Source: Nanobdellota archaeon (GTDB lineage Archaea; Nanobdellota; Nanobdellia; SCGC-AAA011-G17; JACPNG01). From it: a stretch of 17,869 nt of DNA. Positions 7,637 to 15,201 of the stretch are shown here, one piece after another (the stretch's first letter is position 1; each line of letters opens with the position of its first letter). The notes under the pieces are model-generated. The model saw only the letters and a program-made list of their open reading frames with translations. It searched no databases and was not told the DNA's origin. The translations under genes and the position numbers were made by a program. The DNA is taken from NCBI GenBank assembly GCA_038046345.1, contig JBBSWJ010000009.1, forward strand, positions 14,418 through 32,286. The letters are read 5' to 3'.

Positions 7637-8752
7637 ATGGTTGATGTTTCTTCATATTTTGATCGCTATGGTCCTGAAAAAATTATAGAGGTATATAACG
7701 CAAAGGTTGGTATGCGTGGTTTTGTTGTTATTGATAACACAGCTCTTGGTCCAGGAAAAGGTGGTATTCGTATGACTCCATCTGTTAGTATTGATGAGGT
7801 TGCTCGTTTAGCTCGTACTATGACATGGAAATGTGCTCTTGCTGATTTACCTTTTGGTGGTGCTAAGTCAGGAATTATTGCTGATGATAAAAAAATATCT
7901 CCGCAAAAAAAGAAAGAGTTAGTTGAAGCATTTGCGCATGCTATTAAAATATTATTACCAAAACTTTACATTGCTGCTCCAGATATGAATATGGCTGAGA
8001 AAGAGATGGAATATTTTGCAAAAGCTGCTGGATCAATGAATGCTTGTACTGGTAAACCTAAAAAAATGGGTGGTATTCCTCATGAGCTTGGAAGTACTGG
8101 TTTTGGTGTCTATCATGCTGTTTTAGTCGGGCTGAAACACTTAAACATTCCTTTAAAGAATGCAACTGTTGCTATTGAAGGATTTGGTAATGTTGGGATG
8201 TTTGCTGCTAAGTTTCTTTCTAATGCTGGTGCTAAGATTGTTGCAGCTTCTGATAGTCGTGGGTGTGTTGTTGATGATAATATTAATTTTGCTAGACTAG
8301 TTAAAGTTAAGAAAGAAAAAGGTTCTGTTGTTTATTATTCTAAGAATAAACCATTAGAATGTTCTAAAATTATTTCTCAAAAGGTTGATGTATTAATTAC
8401 TGCTGCGGTTCCAGATCTTATTACTGTGAGTAATGTTAATGAGGTTAATGCGAAGTTAATTGTTGAAGGATCAAATATTCCCATGTCGAGTGAGGTAGAA
8501 GAAATATTGTGGAAGAAAAATGTGTTGGTTATACCTGATTTTATTGCTAATGCTGGTGGTGTTATTTCAAGTTATGTTGAATTTAAAGGTGGTAATAAAG
8601 ATAAAATGTTTAAGCTTGTTGAGCAAAAAATTCGTAAGAATGTTTCATTAGTATTAGATCATTCTTCAAAGAGATGTATCACTCCTCGTGCTGCTGGTTT
8701 GGATATTGCTGTTTCGCGTGTTATCAAGAAATGTGATAATTGTAGAGTTTAA
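7637..8752 (+). CDS. gdhA: Glu/Leu/Phe/Val dehydrogenase, most likely glutamate dehydrogenase
   Basis: GPGKGGIR (K41), MTWK (K65), GGAKSG (K77), APD, GFGNVG Rossmann motif, IPDFIANAGGVISSY; the Lys and Ser that confer glutamate specificity in GDHs are retained. Confidence 0.88.
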   Translation: MVDVSSYFDRYGPEKIIEVYNAKVGMRGFVVIDNTALGPGKGGIRMTPSVSIDEVARLARTMTWKCALADLPFGGAKSGIIADDKKISPQKKKELVEAFAHAIKILLPKLYIAAPDMNMAEKEMEYFAKAAGSMNACTGKPKKMGGIPHELGSTGFGVYHAVLVGLKHLNIPLKNATVAIEGFGNVGMFAAKFLSNAGAKIVAASDSRGCVVDDNINFARLVKVKKEKGSVVYYSKNKPLECSKIISQKVDVLITAAVPDLITVSNVNEVNAKLIVEGSNIPMSSEVEEILWKKNVLVIPDFIANAGGVISSYVEFKGGNKDKMFKLVEQKIRKNVSLVLDHSSKRCITPRAAGLDIAVSRVIKKCDNCRV

Positions 8753-9480
8753 AGTAGTATGATAGCGCCAATATAGCATAATAGCCCAAATATTGCTGTG
8801 AACATTGTGAAATTAATTTTTTGGGATAATCTTATAATAATATGTAAGCTTATTATCCCTGTTATGAATGCAGCTATTAGCGCTGGCCATGTTTGTAATA
8901 ATAATGGGGTTTTTATTGTTAGGTATACTGTTGCAGCTGTTATAACTGGCACTGACATCATGTATGATATTTTAAGTATTTGTTGCGGGCTAAGGTTGCT
9001 AAATGATAACCCAAATATTGTTGTTCCAGATCTTGATAATCCGGGTATTACTGATAATCCTTGTAATATTCCAGTTATTACTGACGCTGAGGAAAGTGGG
9101 ATGTTTGCTTTTATTTTTTTCTTATGAAGTATTGATGTTAAGATCAGTCCTGTTCCGGTAATTGCTAATAAAACTGATCCAACTGTTATGTTATGGATGA
9201 GTAGGAATACTGGGAATCCTACTGTTAGTGATATTGCAGTTGATATTAGCAGAAATCTAAATAGTTTTTTGTCCTTAAATGTAATTACATCAATCCATTC
9301 TTTGCGGTAATAAACAATTGCAGAGAATAGTGTGCCGATATGTAGAAATATGGCTAATTCTATTGGATTTATTTCTTTTATTAATAGCCCGCTTAGTAGT
9401 GAGGTTATTCCTTCGCTTGATATCGGGATCCATTCAAATATTCCTTGGAGTATTCCTAATAGTATTAGGGTTAGATTCAT
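8749..9480 (-). CDS. uppP: Undecaprenyl/polyprenyl-diphosphate phosphatase (BacA/UppP family)
   Basis: LQGIFEWIPISSEG and PGLSRSGTT motifs; polytopic membrane protein. Confidence 0.9.
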   Translation of the reverse strand: MNLTLILLGILQGIFEWIPISSEGITSLLSGLLIKEINPIELAIFLHIGTLFSAIVYYRKEWIDVITFKDKKLFRFLLISTAISLTVGFPVFLLIHNITVGSVLLAITGTGLILTSILHKKKIKANIPLSSASVITGILQGLSVIPGLSRSGTTIFGLSFSNLSPQQILKISYMMSVPVITAATVYLTIKTPLLLQTWPALIAAFITGIISLHIIIRLSQKINFTMFTAIFGLLCYIGAIILL

Positions 9481-9607
9481 TAAAATGTTTTTTTTATCAG
9501 TGTTTAAAAAGATTCTCCAGTGTGGTTTATTACTGTTTAAGAATAACTAATACTTTAAGTAGTGTAAGTAATTTTAAAACTCAAAATTTAATAGACGGAA
9601 GTTTAAT

Positions 9608-10360
9608 ATGACAACAATAAGACCGATTAGAGATGTGTTGAGTACGCATCCAGATTTTGGAGAGAAAATTGGTTGGAGATCAAAAAGTGGTGAAACTCCA
9701 AGCGAGGATTATGTTATTGGTAATCCTAGATTTGGTATTAAGGTTAGGCATGTAGCAGTTTGTGATGAAGAAGGAGCACCTATTTATGATCTAGGAGAGA
9801 TTTCAGAAGGGCCTGGTAGTATTGTATTAGCTTATACCGGTAGGCGTAGAATTCCATGGCCATGGAGCGGTGGGACACAACAGAGGATTGCTATACTTCG
9901 TGTAAAGCGACCAATTGTTATAGACCAATATGGGAATCAGGGAAATGTAATAAGCCTAGAATTGCCACGCGGTTATGGGGTAACCGGTGAAGACCGGAGT
10001 GAAACTGCCTTAAGAAAGTTATTACAGTTTATGGGTACTGATATTGTAGAAAAAGTACAGTATTTAGGACCTATTAACCCATTAACTTCATTGTATGGCC
10101 CATCAAATGTTAATGAAGCTATTGCTGTGAGATTAGACGGCGAAGCAGTTGATAAATTGAAGGCTGATGCCTCACTAGTGGATAGATTAGGCAGTGATGA
10201 AGGTTTAGTGGCTGGTATTAAGAAGGTTCTTGCAGCTGAGTTTGTTCCAGCGCTTGAAGTTCGTGGCAGTATCTGTAACGGGGAGATTATTTGCGGGCTT
10301 TCTCTTGCAACTTTAATGTATGGGCAAGCTAACGGCTTAATTCATCTTAGATGGGCCTAA
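9608..10360 (+). CDS. Nudix-fold (ADP-ribose pyrophosphatase-like) protein with degenerate Nudix box
   Basis: ELPRG then G122-x5-E128-x7-R136-K-L-L-Q-F-M-G143 matches Nudix box spacing exactly but lacks three Glu; upstream GPGSIVL and RIAILRVKRP strands fit the fold. Confidence 0.65.
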   Translation: MTTIRPIRDVLSTHPDFGEKIGWRSKSGETPSEDYVIGNPRFGIKVRHVAVCDEEGAPIYDLGEISEGPGSIVLAYTGRRRIPWPWSGGTQQRIAILRVKRPIVIDQYGNQGNVISLELPRGYGVTGEDRSETALRKLLQFMGTDIVEKVQYLGPINPLTSLYGPSNVNEAIAVRLDGEAVDKLKADASLVDRLGSDEGLVAGIKKVLAAEFVPALEVRGSICNGEIICGLSLATLMYGQANGLIHLRWA

Positions 10361-10995
10361 GCCTAAGTGTGATCCAGGCAGTAAAAGACCACAAAATTAA
10401 GCTGGAATGTGGTCTATCTGCTTCTGAAAAAATTATTTTAGAACCAGTAACAACTGCTAACTTAGAGATTAACGCAGAAAGAATGAGCACATGGAGGCAG
10501 CCTGTACAAGATCAATTTTATATAAATCATCCTTCAAATCCAGTATATTGGGCAGAATTTATTCGAAGGAAGTATATTGACATGCCTAATGCGTTGTTAT
10601 TCCTTTTATCCGGTGCTAATGGACCTTTTGGGTTTACTTCAATTTATGATTGTACTGATATTAGTGGTGTTGCTAGGGCTGAGTATGGAAGAACGGTACG
10701 CGGAGTTAGAACAACAGGGGATGGCAAACTTGTTAGTAAGGGTGGTATGACTGTAGCAACGCGTGAGCTTTTACGTTTTTGTTTTGATAACCTAGAGCTT
10801 GATGAGGTTTTTCTAGAAGTATTTGCAGATAATTTTAAAGCTCAAAAGATGTATTATGATGCTGGGTTTGTTCAGTCTAGTGTTGCTGAACCTTTGATGC
10901 GTGATGATTCTGGTAACTGGGTGGTTGATCATAGCCTTATAAGTCACATAAGAAAAGCTGCCGCTTATTCTTTGCAGATGACCGCTAGAAATTAG
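10351..10995 (+). CDS. GNAT-family N-acetyltransferase (RimJ/RimL/PseH-like)
   Basis: ILEPV..., WR, KGGMTVATRELLRFCFDNLELDEVFLEVFADNFKAQKMYYDAGF C-terminal GNAT signature; overlaps the previous stop by 10 nt. Confidence 0.85.
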   Translation: MGLSLSVIQAVKDHKIKLECGLSASEKIILEPVTTANLEINAERMSTWRQPVQDQFYINHPSNPVYWAEFIRRKYIDMPNALLFLLSGANGPFGFTSIYDCTDISGVARAEYGRTVRGVRTTGDGKLVSKGGMTVATRELLRFCFDNLELDEVFLEVFADNFKAQKMYYDAGFVQSSVAEPLMRDDSGNWVVDHSLISHIRKAAAYSLQMTARN

Positions 10996-11041
10996 GAGTT
11001 TAAGTTTTATTAAGAGTTTCAAAATTCTTTGGTGTAATTTA

Positions 11042-12091
11042 TTACCCTCTTGCCATATGCAGTTCTACTATGTCTCCGTCTTCTAGAATATGATCCATTC
11101 CCGTTCTCATCCCTTGATGTTTTGCGCTTTTTCCCCAGACTCTTGCCCAGGATTTTTCACTTTTTGTAAAGTCTTTATGTATCTCCCTCCCTAGCTCTTC
11201 TATAGTAGTCCATTTTTTTAGTGCTATCGGGTTAGTTTCTTTTTCTTTGCCAGGTTGTTTTGTATAAACTCTGATTATCTGTAATTTTTTTAATAATTCT
11301 TTTCCTAATTCTTTGGTGTTATATTTTCTTCTGATTACTAATAGTGGCAGGAAAACAATTCTTTCATTTATTCCTTCTTCTATTTCCTGTGGTGTTGCGC
11401 TTCCGTGTATTTCAAGTGTGCCATTATGTATGTGGTGGCCTTTTAATATTGCCATAACTTCTTCTTTGCTTCCTTTTATTTTGCCTATGATTTCAATTCC
11501 TCCGCTTCCTGTTTTTGTTATTTTGATTGCTGGTCTTTTTCTGTCAAGTATTATTCCTGCATCATGTAACTCTTCTTTAAGCATTTCCTCTTCATTACCA
11601 ATTACTAATAGGATAATCATGTTAGTTGATCTTACTATGCTCATTATTTCTCTCCCTCTTGGTTTGTTCATAAAATTCTTGTTTATTGCTGGTATTTCTA
11701 TCAGTTGTAATTTTACTCCTTCGTATTCAAATATTCCAACTTCTATTTCTTTGGTTGTGTATGGGTATTCTGCTATCTTTGGTTTTGCATTTGTAATCTT
11801 GCTTAGAAATGTTGATTTACCGCTATTTGTCAAGCCTATTATTGATATGCTTGCTGTTCCTTCTTTTTTTAGCCCAGTAGCCTGTCTAGCTCCAGTTTTT
11901 TTTTCTTTTTCGGATAGATCTTTTAGTTTTGCTAGTCTTGATCTTAGTGCTGCTCTTAAAGTTTCTGCTCCTTTATGAGATGGTGCTTCTTTGAGCATAG
12001 CTTCTAGAGCTTTTATTTTTTCTATGGTTGTTTTTGCTTCGGAATATTTTTCTTCAAGTTTTCCGTATTGTGGTGTTGCGTTTATTGGCAT
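11042..12091 (-). CDS. DRG/Obg-family GTP-binding protein with C-terminal TGS domain
   Basis: PSHKGAE N-terminus, G1 GLTNSGKST, G2 YPYTT, TGS IRVYTKQPG...HILEDGDIVELH; G3 and G4 are degenerate. Confidence 0.88.
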   Translation of the reverse strand: MPINATPQYGKLEEKYSEAKTTIEKIKALEAMLKEAPSHKGAETLRAALRSRLAKLKDLSEKEKKTGARQATGLKKEGTASISIIGLTNSGKSTFLSKITNAKPKIAEYPYTTKEIEVGIFEYEGVKLQLIEIPAINKNFMNKPRGREIMSIVRSTNMIILLVIGNEEEMLKEELHDAGIILDRKRPAIKITKTGSGGIEIIGKIKGSKEEVMAILKGHHIHNGTLEIHGSATPQEIEEGINERIVFLPLLVIRRKYNTKELGKELLKKLQIIRVYTKQPGKEKETNPIALKKWTTIEELGREIHKDFTKSEKSWARVWGKSAKHQGMRTGMDHILEDGDIVELHMARG

Positions 12092-12137
12092 GTTTTATGT
12101 CCATAACTTTTAAAAGCATGTAATCTCTTATTTATTT

Positions 12138-12689
12138 ATGTTTTTTGATTATATAACTAACTTATTAAATGTTAACAATCCAAGCTTTTTGTTACGCCTA
12201 ATTGCAGCGGTTATTATCTTAGTTACTGGTTTTATTATTGGGAGTATTGTTAGCAGATTAATAAAACGCGTACTTCATGATCTTGAGGCTGATAGAATAC
12301 TCCATGAGCAGACTCGTGTTAAGGTTCACGTTGATGAGTTTATTGCATCAGCGGCTGCGTATTTTATTTATTTTGCTGCGATTGTTTGGGCTTTAAATCA
12401 ACTTGGTCTTACAACTACTGTATTGTATGTTATCTTTACTGGGTTATTAGTAATCATTGTTGGCTTTATCTTGCTGGCGTTCAAAGATTTTATTCCAAAT
12501 GCTTTTGCTGGGTTTACAATTTATAACAGTGATATGGTTAGTCATGGTGATAGGATTAAAGTTGCAAATATTGAAGGGAAGGTGATTCATGTTGGTTTGC
12601 TTGAAACTAAGATTCAGACAAACAAAAAAGAGGTTGTTTTTATTCCAAATTCTTTTATGCTGAAAAATATTTTAATCAAGAGTAGGTAA
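12138..12689 (+). CDS. mscS: Small-conductance mechanosensitive channel (MscS-like, short)
   Basis: TM helices, AFKDFIPNAFAG, GDRIKV...EGKVIHVGLLETKI...VFIPNS beta-domain; no C-terminal alpha/beta domain. Confidence 0.85.
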   Translation: MFFDYITNLLNVNNPSFLLRLIAAVIILVTGFIIGSIVSRLIKRVLHDLEADRILHEQTRVKVHVDEFIASAAAYFIYFAAIVWALNQLGLTTTVLYVIFTGLLVIIVGFILLAFKDFIPNAFAGFTIYNSDMVSHGDRIKVANIEGKVIHVGLLETKIQTNKKEVVFIPNSFMLKNILIKSR

Positions 12690-13154
12690 TTTTAGTATTT
12701 TTGCATTGAATTTTTTCATTAAACTATTAAAATATTTCTTATTCACTGATATTGTTTCCGTGTTTATGTTCGGGTGGAAATTTATTGATCGTGCGTCCCA
12801 TGCTTCTTGGTCAACTATCGGTATTACTTTCTTTTCTGTGTCATTCATTAATCCTAACGGGGATACTGATCCTGGTGTTAAATGCAGATATTTCATAAGT
12901 TGTTCTTCGGATCCAAAGTTTAAATCTCGTACTTTTAGCATCTTTGCCAAACCTCTTATGTCAAGTCTTTTATCCCCATTAAGGATTACCAAATAAAATT
13001 TATCTTCAGATTTTAAAAACAGGTTTTTGCAGCGAAATCCTGGTATGTCTTTACAGTGTGTTTTAGAATCTTTTACTGTAAACACTGGTTTATGAGTGTA
13101 AACCTTGTACTTGATATTATTATTCTTAAGAAAATCATTTACTTCTTTTTCCAT
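12672..13154 (-). CDS. Prolyl-tRNA editing protein (ProX/PrdX, YbaK superfamily)
   Basis: HKPVFTV, KNLFLK, LTPGSVSPLGL, FHPNINTET. Confidence 0.9.
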   Translation of the reverse strand: MEKEVNDFLKNNNIKYKVYTHKPVFTVKDSKTHCKDIPGFRCKNLFLKSEDKFYLVILNGDKRLDIRGLAKMLKVRDLNFGSEEQLMKYLHLTPGSVSPLGLMNDTEKKVIPIVDQEAWDARSINFHPNINTETISVNKKYFNSLMKKFNAKILKLPTLD

Positions 13155-13196
13155 AAATTAGTGGACATTTAGTTAAGTTTAATAATGTTTTTGGCG

Positions 13197-13580
13197 TTAG
13201 TTAAAGACTGCATAAAGTGTTGATAATGCTATCATTGTCCATATTAGTATATTTAACAAGTTGTCTTTTACTATACTTTTAGTATTTATATTTTGATATA
13301 TCTTAACTAGGCATTTCCCCTGTGTTAACATGCCTACACCAAACAACAGTGTAGTCAAAAGCATTACAGCTGAGATTGTTACAATATCAATCACCTGCAG
13401 CAAAGAATATCCAATGATCATTGCTAATGCTAAGTATGTAACAGTAACTGTCTTTTGTTTTTTTAATAATTTTATAGAAAGATTAACAAGCCACTTTGGT
13501 TTTATTATCACAACTAATAATTTTGTTAGTATAACAACAGCAAATATTGTTGCAAGTATATCTAATGTATTTAATGTCAT
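13197..13580 (-). CDS. Hypothetical membrane protein (about 4 TM)
   Basis: Hydrophobic 127 aa ORF; SD GAGGTGA and a BRE/TATA element upstream. Confidence 0.75.
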   Translation of the reverse strand: MTLNTLDILATIFAVVILTKLLVVIIKPKWLVNLSIKLLKKQKTVTVTYLALAMIIGYSLLQVIDIVTISAVMLLTTLLFGVGMLTQGKCLVKIYQNINTKSIVKDNLLNILIWTMIALSTLYAVFN

Positions 13581-13612
13581 ATTATCACCTCAATTAATTT
13601 ACTTGTCTTTGC

Positions 13613-13629
13613 TAATATTTAAACATTTC
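13613..13629 (-). promoter_or_regulatory. BRE/TATA promoter (GAAATGTTTAAATATTA) of the 13197-13580 gene
   Basis: Identical 17-mer at 14063-14079 upstream of sepF. Confidence 0.65.
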
Positions 13630-13643
13630 TTAAAGAAAAACTC

Positions 13644-14039
13644 TTAACCGTCAACTTCTTCCGTACCTTGATTTCTATGTATTTGTGCGAATGAAGGTGT
13701 AACAACAATCCAGTCTTCTCCGAAACCGGCAATATCTCCTTCTATGGCTTCGCAGGTTTTTTTGAGTTTATTAACTGCTCTCTTAAGTTCAACAATATCT
13801 TTATCTTTTAATGGTTTAATATTAACTAGTGCTATTGTGTATCCGTCTCTTAATGCGTCAAGTGTTGCTTTTATATCACTGAAATCTTCTATCGTGTATG
13901 GTCGTACAATAACCTTCTGTTTTTTTACTGCATTTTTATCAGTGTCTATTTCTAAATAGTCTTCTTCACTGTAATCATCATAATCATAACCTTCTTCACC
14001 CATAATCTTTTCTTTAATTTTCTTAAATGTTTCTTTCAT
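13644..14039 (-). CDS. sepF: Archaeal cell division protein SepF (DUF552)
   Basis: EDYLEID, VRPYTIEDFSD, VNIKPLK, ELKRAVNKLK, GDIAGFGEDWIVVTP. Confidence 0.9.
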   Translation of the reverse strand: MKETFKKIKEKIMGEEGYDYDDYSEEDYLEIDTDKNAVKKQKVIVRPYTIEDFSDIKATLDALRDGYTIALVNIKPLKDKDIVELKRAVNKLKKTCEAIEGDIAGFGEDWIVVTPSFAQIHRNQGTEEVDG

Positions 14040-14062
14040 TTTATCACTTTATTTGATGGCGT

Positions 14063-14079
14063 TAATATTTAAACATTTC
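14063..14079 (-). promoter_or_regulatory. BRE/TATA promoter (GAAATGTTTAAATATTA) of sepF
   Basis: Begins 24 nt upstream of the sepF start; GTGATAA SD between them. Confidence 0.65.
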
Positions 14080-14085
14080 GATCGT

Positions 14086-14331
14086 TTATTGTGTGCTTTC
14101 AAGCATACTCACTATATTCCATATCATCATTCTGGTATGTGCCGGTGTTTGAGGGTTATTTGCTAGTTCATCCAGTTTTTGTATGGACCTATCACGTTGT
14201 AGTGCCTGATCTTCGTTACAACTTCGTAGTTGTTGTACTGTAGTTGTTATCACCGCCCTAATGCTTTTAGGTACTGTATTATCTTCTTGTATCTGTACCA
14301 TCATGTTTATTGTTTCCTCGAATCCATCCAT
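14086..14331 (-). CDS. UPF0147-family protein
   Basis: DNTVPKSIRA (cf. VPRNIR), LDELANNPQTPAHTRMMIWNIVSMLE. Confidence 0.85.
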   Translation of the reverse strand: MDGFEETINMMVQIQEDNTVPKSIRAVITTTVQQLRSCNEDQALQRDRSIQKLDELANNPQTPAHTRMMIWNIVSMLESTQ

Positions 14332-14347
14332 ATTAGCTCCTTTTTTC

Positions 14348-14683
14348 TTATTTTTGTAGCTGGTTCATCAATCTTTCTTGGATCTCTTTTGCTTTTTTTT
14401 GAGTTTGTGATCCTTGTTTTTCAAGAGTTTTTAGTCTTAAGTCTAAGATCTCCTGTTTTTCTTTGAGTTCTGAGCTTAATTTTGTTTTATCTGTTTGTAC
14501 CATTACATTTCCTATTATCCTGAATGGTTTTTCAGTGGTTTTCTCTAATTCTTCCTGTGCATTTTTTATCTCGTCTAATTGCATCTTTGCTTGTTGTTGT
14601 TGCTGCATAATCCCATGTATGCTCTGCTCTAGCATATGTAATTGTTCTATTTTTTCTTCTAGTTCTTTTGATACTTCTGTCAT
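14348..14683 (-). CDS. pfdB: Prefoldin beta subunit
   Basis: Coiled coil, beta hairpin (FRIIGNVMVQ), coiled coil; 111 aa; follows rpo12 as in the conserved archaeal operon. Confidence 0.92.
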   Translation of the reverse strand: MTEVSKELEEKIEQLHMLEQSIHGIMQQQQQAKMQLDEIKNAQEELEKTTEKPFRIIGNVMVQTDKTKLSSELKEKQEILDLRLKTLEKQGSQTQKKAKEIQERLMNQLQK

Positions 14684-14820
14684 TATACTGCTTCAACTGT
14701 TGTGGCTGTGCTTCGTTGTTTGAATAAGATTCTATTCCCACAGTATGGGCATCTAACTCGCTTTCTCAGATACTCTTGTTTGATTGCGTTTTCGCAATAA
14801 AAACACTTATAGCTTACCAT
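14683..14820 (-). CDS. rpo12: DNA-directed RNA polymerase subunit Rpo12 (P), 45 aa MVSYKCFYCENAIKQEYLRKRVRCPYCGNRILFKQRSTATTVEAV; not in ORF track
   Basis: Hand-translated; YKCxxC...RCPYCG.RILFK zinc ribbon; TAATG overlaps with both rpl37ae and pfdB. Confidence 0.95.
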   Translation of the reverse strand: MVSYKCFYCENAIKQEYLRKRVRCPYCGNRILFKQRSTATTVEAV

Positions 14821-15026
14821 TATACCTCATATGCTTTCCCAGTAAATTTTGAATCACAGGCTCTGCATTGCCATACGCCAAAGCTGAATCTTTTTACTCT
14901 TTCTTTTTTGCAGTAGGGGCATATCTGCCATCCCTTCATTTTTTTTATGGCGTTTATTGTTCTATATCTTAGTTTTCTTCCGTATCTTGCTCCCCATCCG
15001 CCGGTAAACTGAATTTTCTTGGTCAT
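14820..15026 (-). CDS. rpl37ae: 50S ribosomal protein L37Ae (eL43)
   Basis: GARYGRKLR, CPYC...VKR...GVWQCRAC...FTGKAY zinc finger. Confidence 0.95.
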   Translation of the reverse strand: MTKKIQFTGGWGARYGRKLRYRTINAIKKMKGWQICPYCKKERVKRFSFGVWQCRACDSKFTGKAYEV

Positions 15027-15077
15027 GTCCTTTTAAAGTTCTTTGTTAATAGTTTTTAAATGTTTCTGCAATTAAAA

Positions 15078-15151
15078 TGAGGCTACCCGGATTTGAACCG
15101 AGACCGCCAGGTCCCAAACCTGGAATCCTAGCCAAGTTAGACTATAGCCCC
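15078..15151 (-). tRNA. tRNA-Pro(UGG), 74 nt, no intron, CCA not encoded
   Basis: Acceptor GGGGCTA/TAGCCTC plus A73; anticodon arm CCAGG-TTTGGGA-CCTGG; T arm CTCGG-TTCAAAT-CCGGG; TATA (TTATAAAT) upstream. Confidence 0.96.
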
Positions 15152-15201
15152 TTTGTTATTCTCGAGTATTTTTTATTTATAAGCCTTGTTACATAAACTG
15201 A

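Noticed and set aside
9540-11041. Terminal repeats around the Nudix-like/GNAT pair
   Set aside because: Only 6-8 bp AT-rich matches (AAACTC/GAGTTT, TCAAAATT), expected by chance
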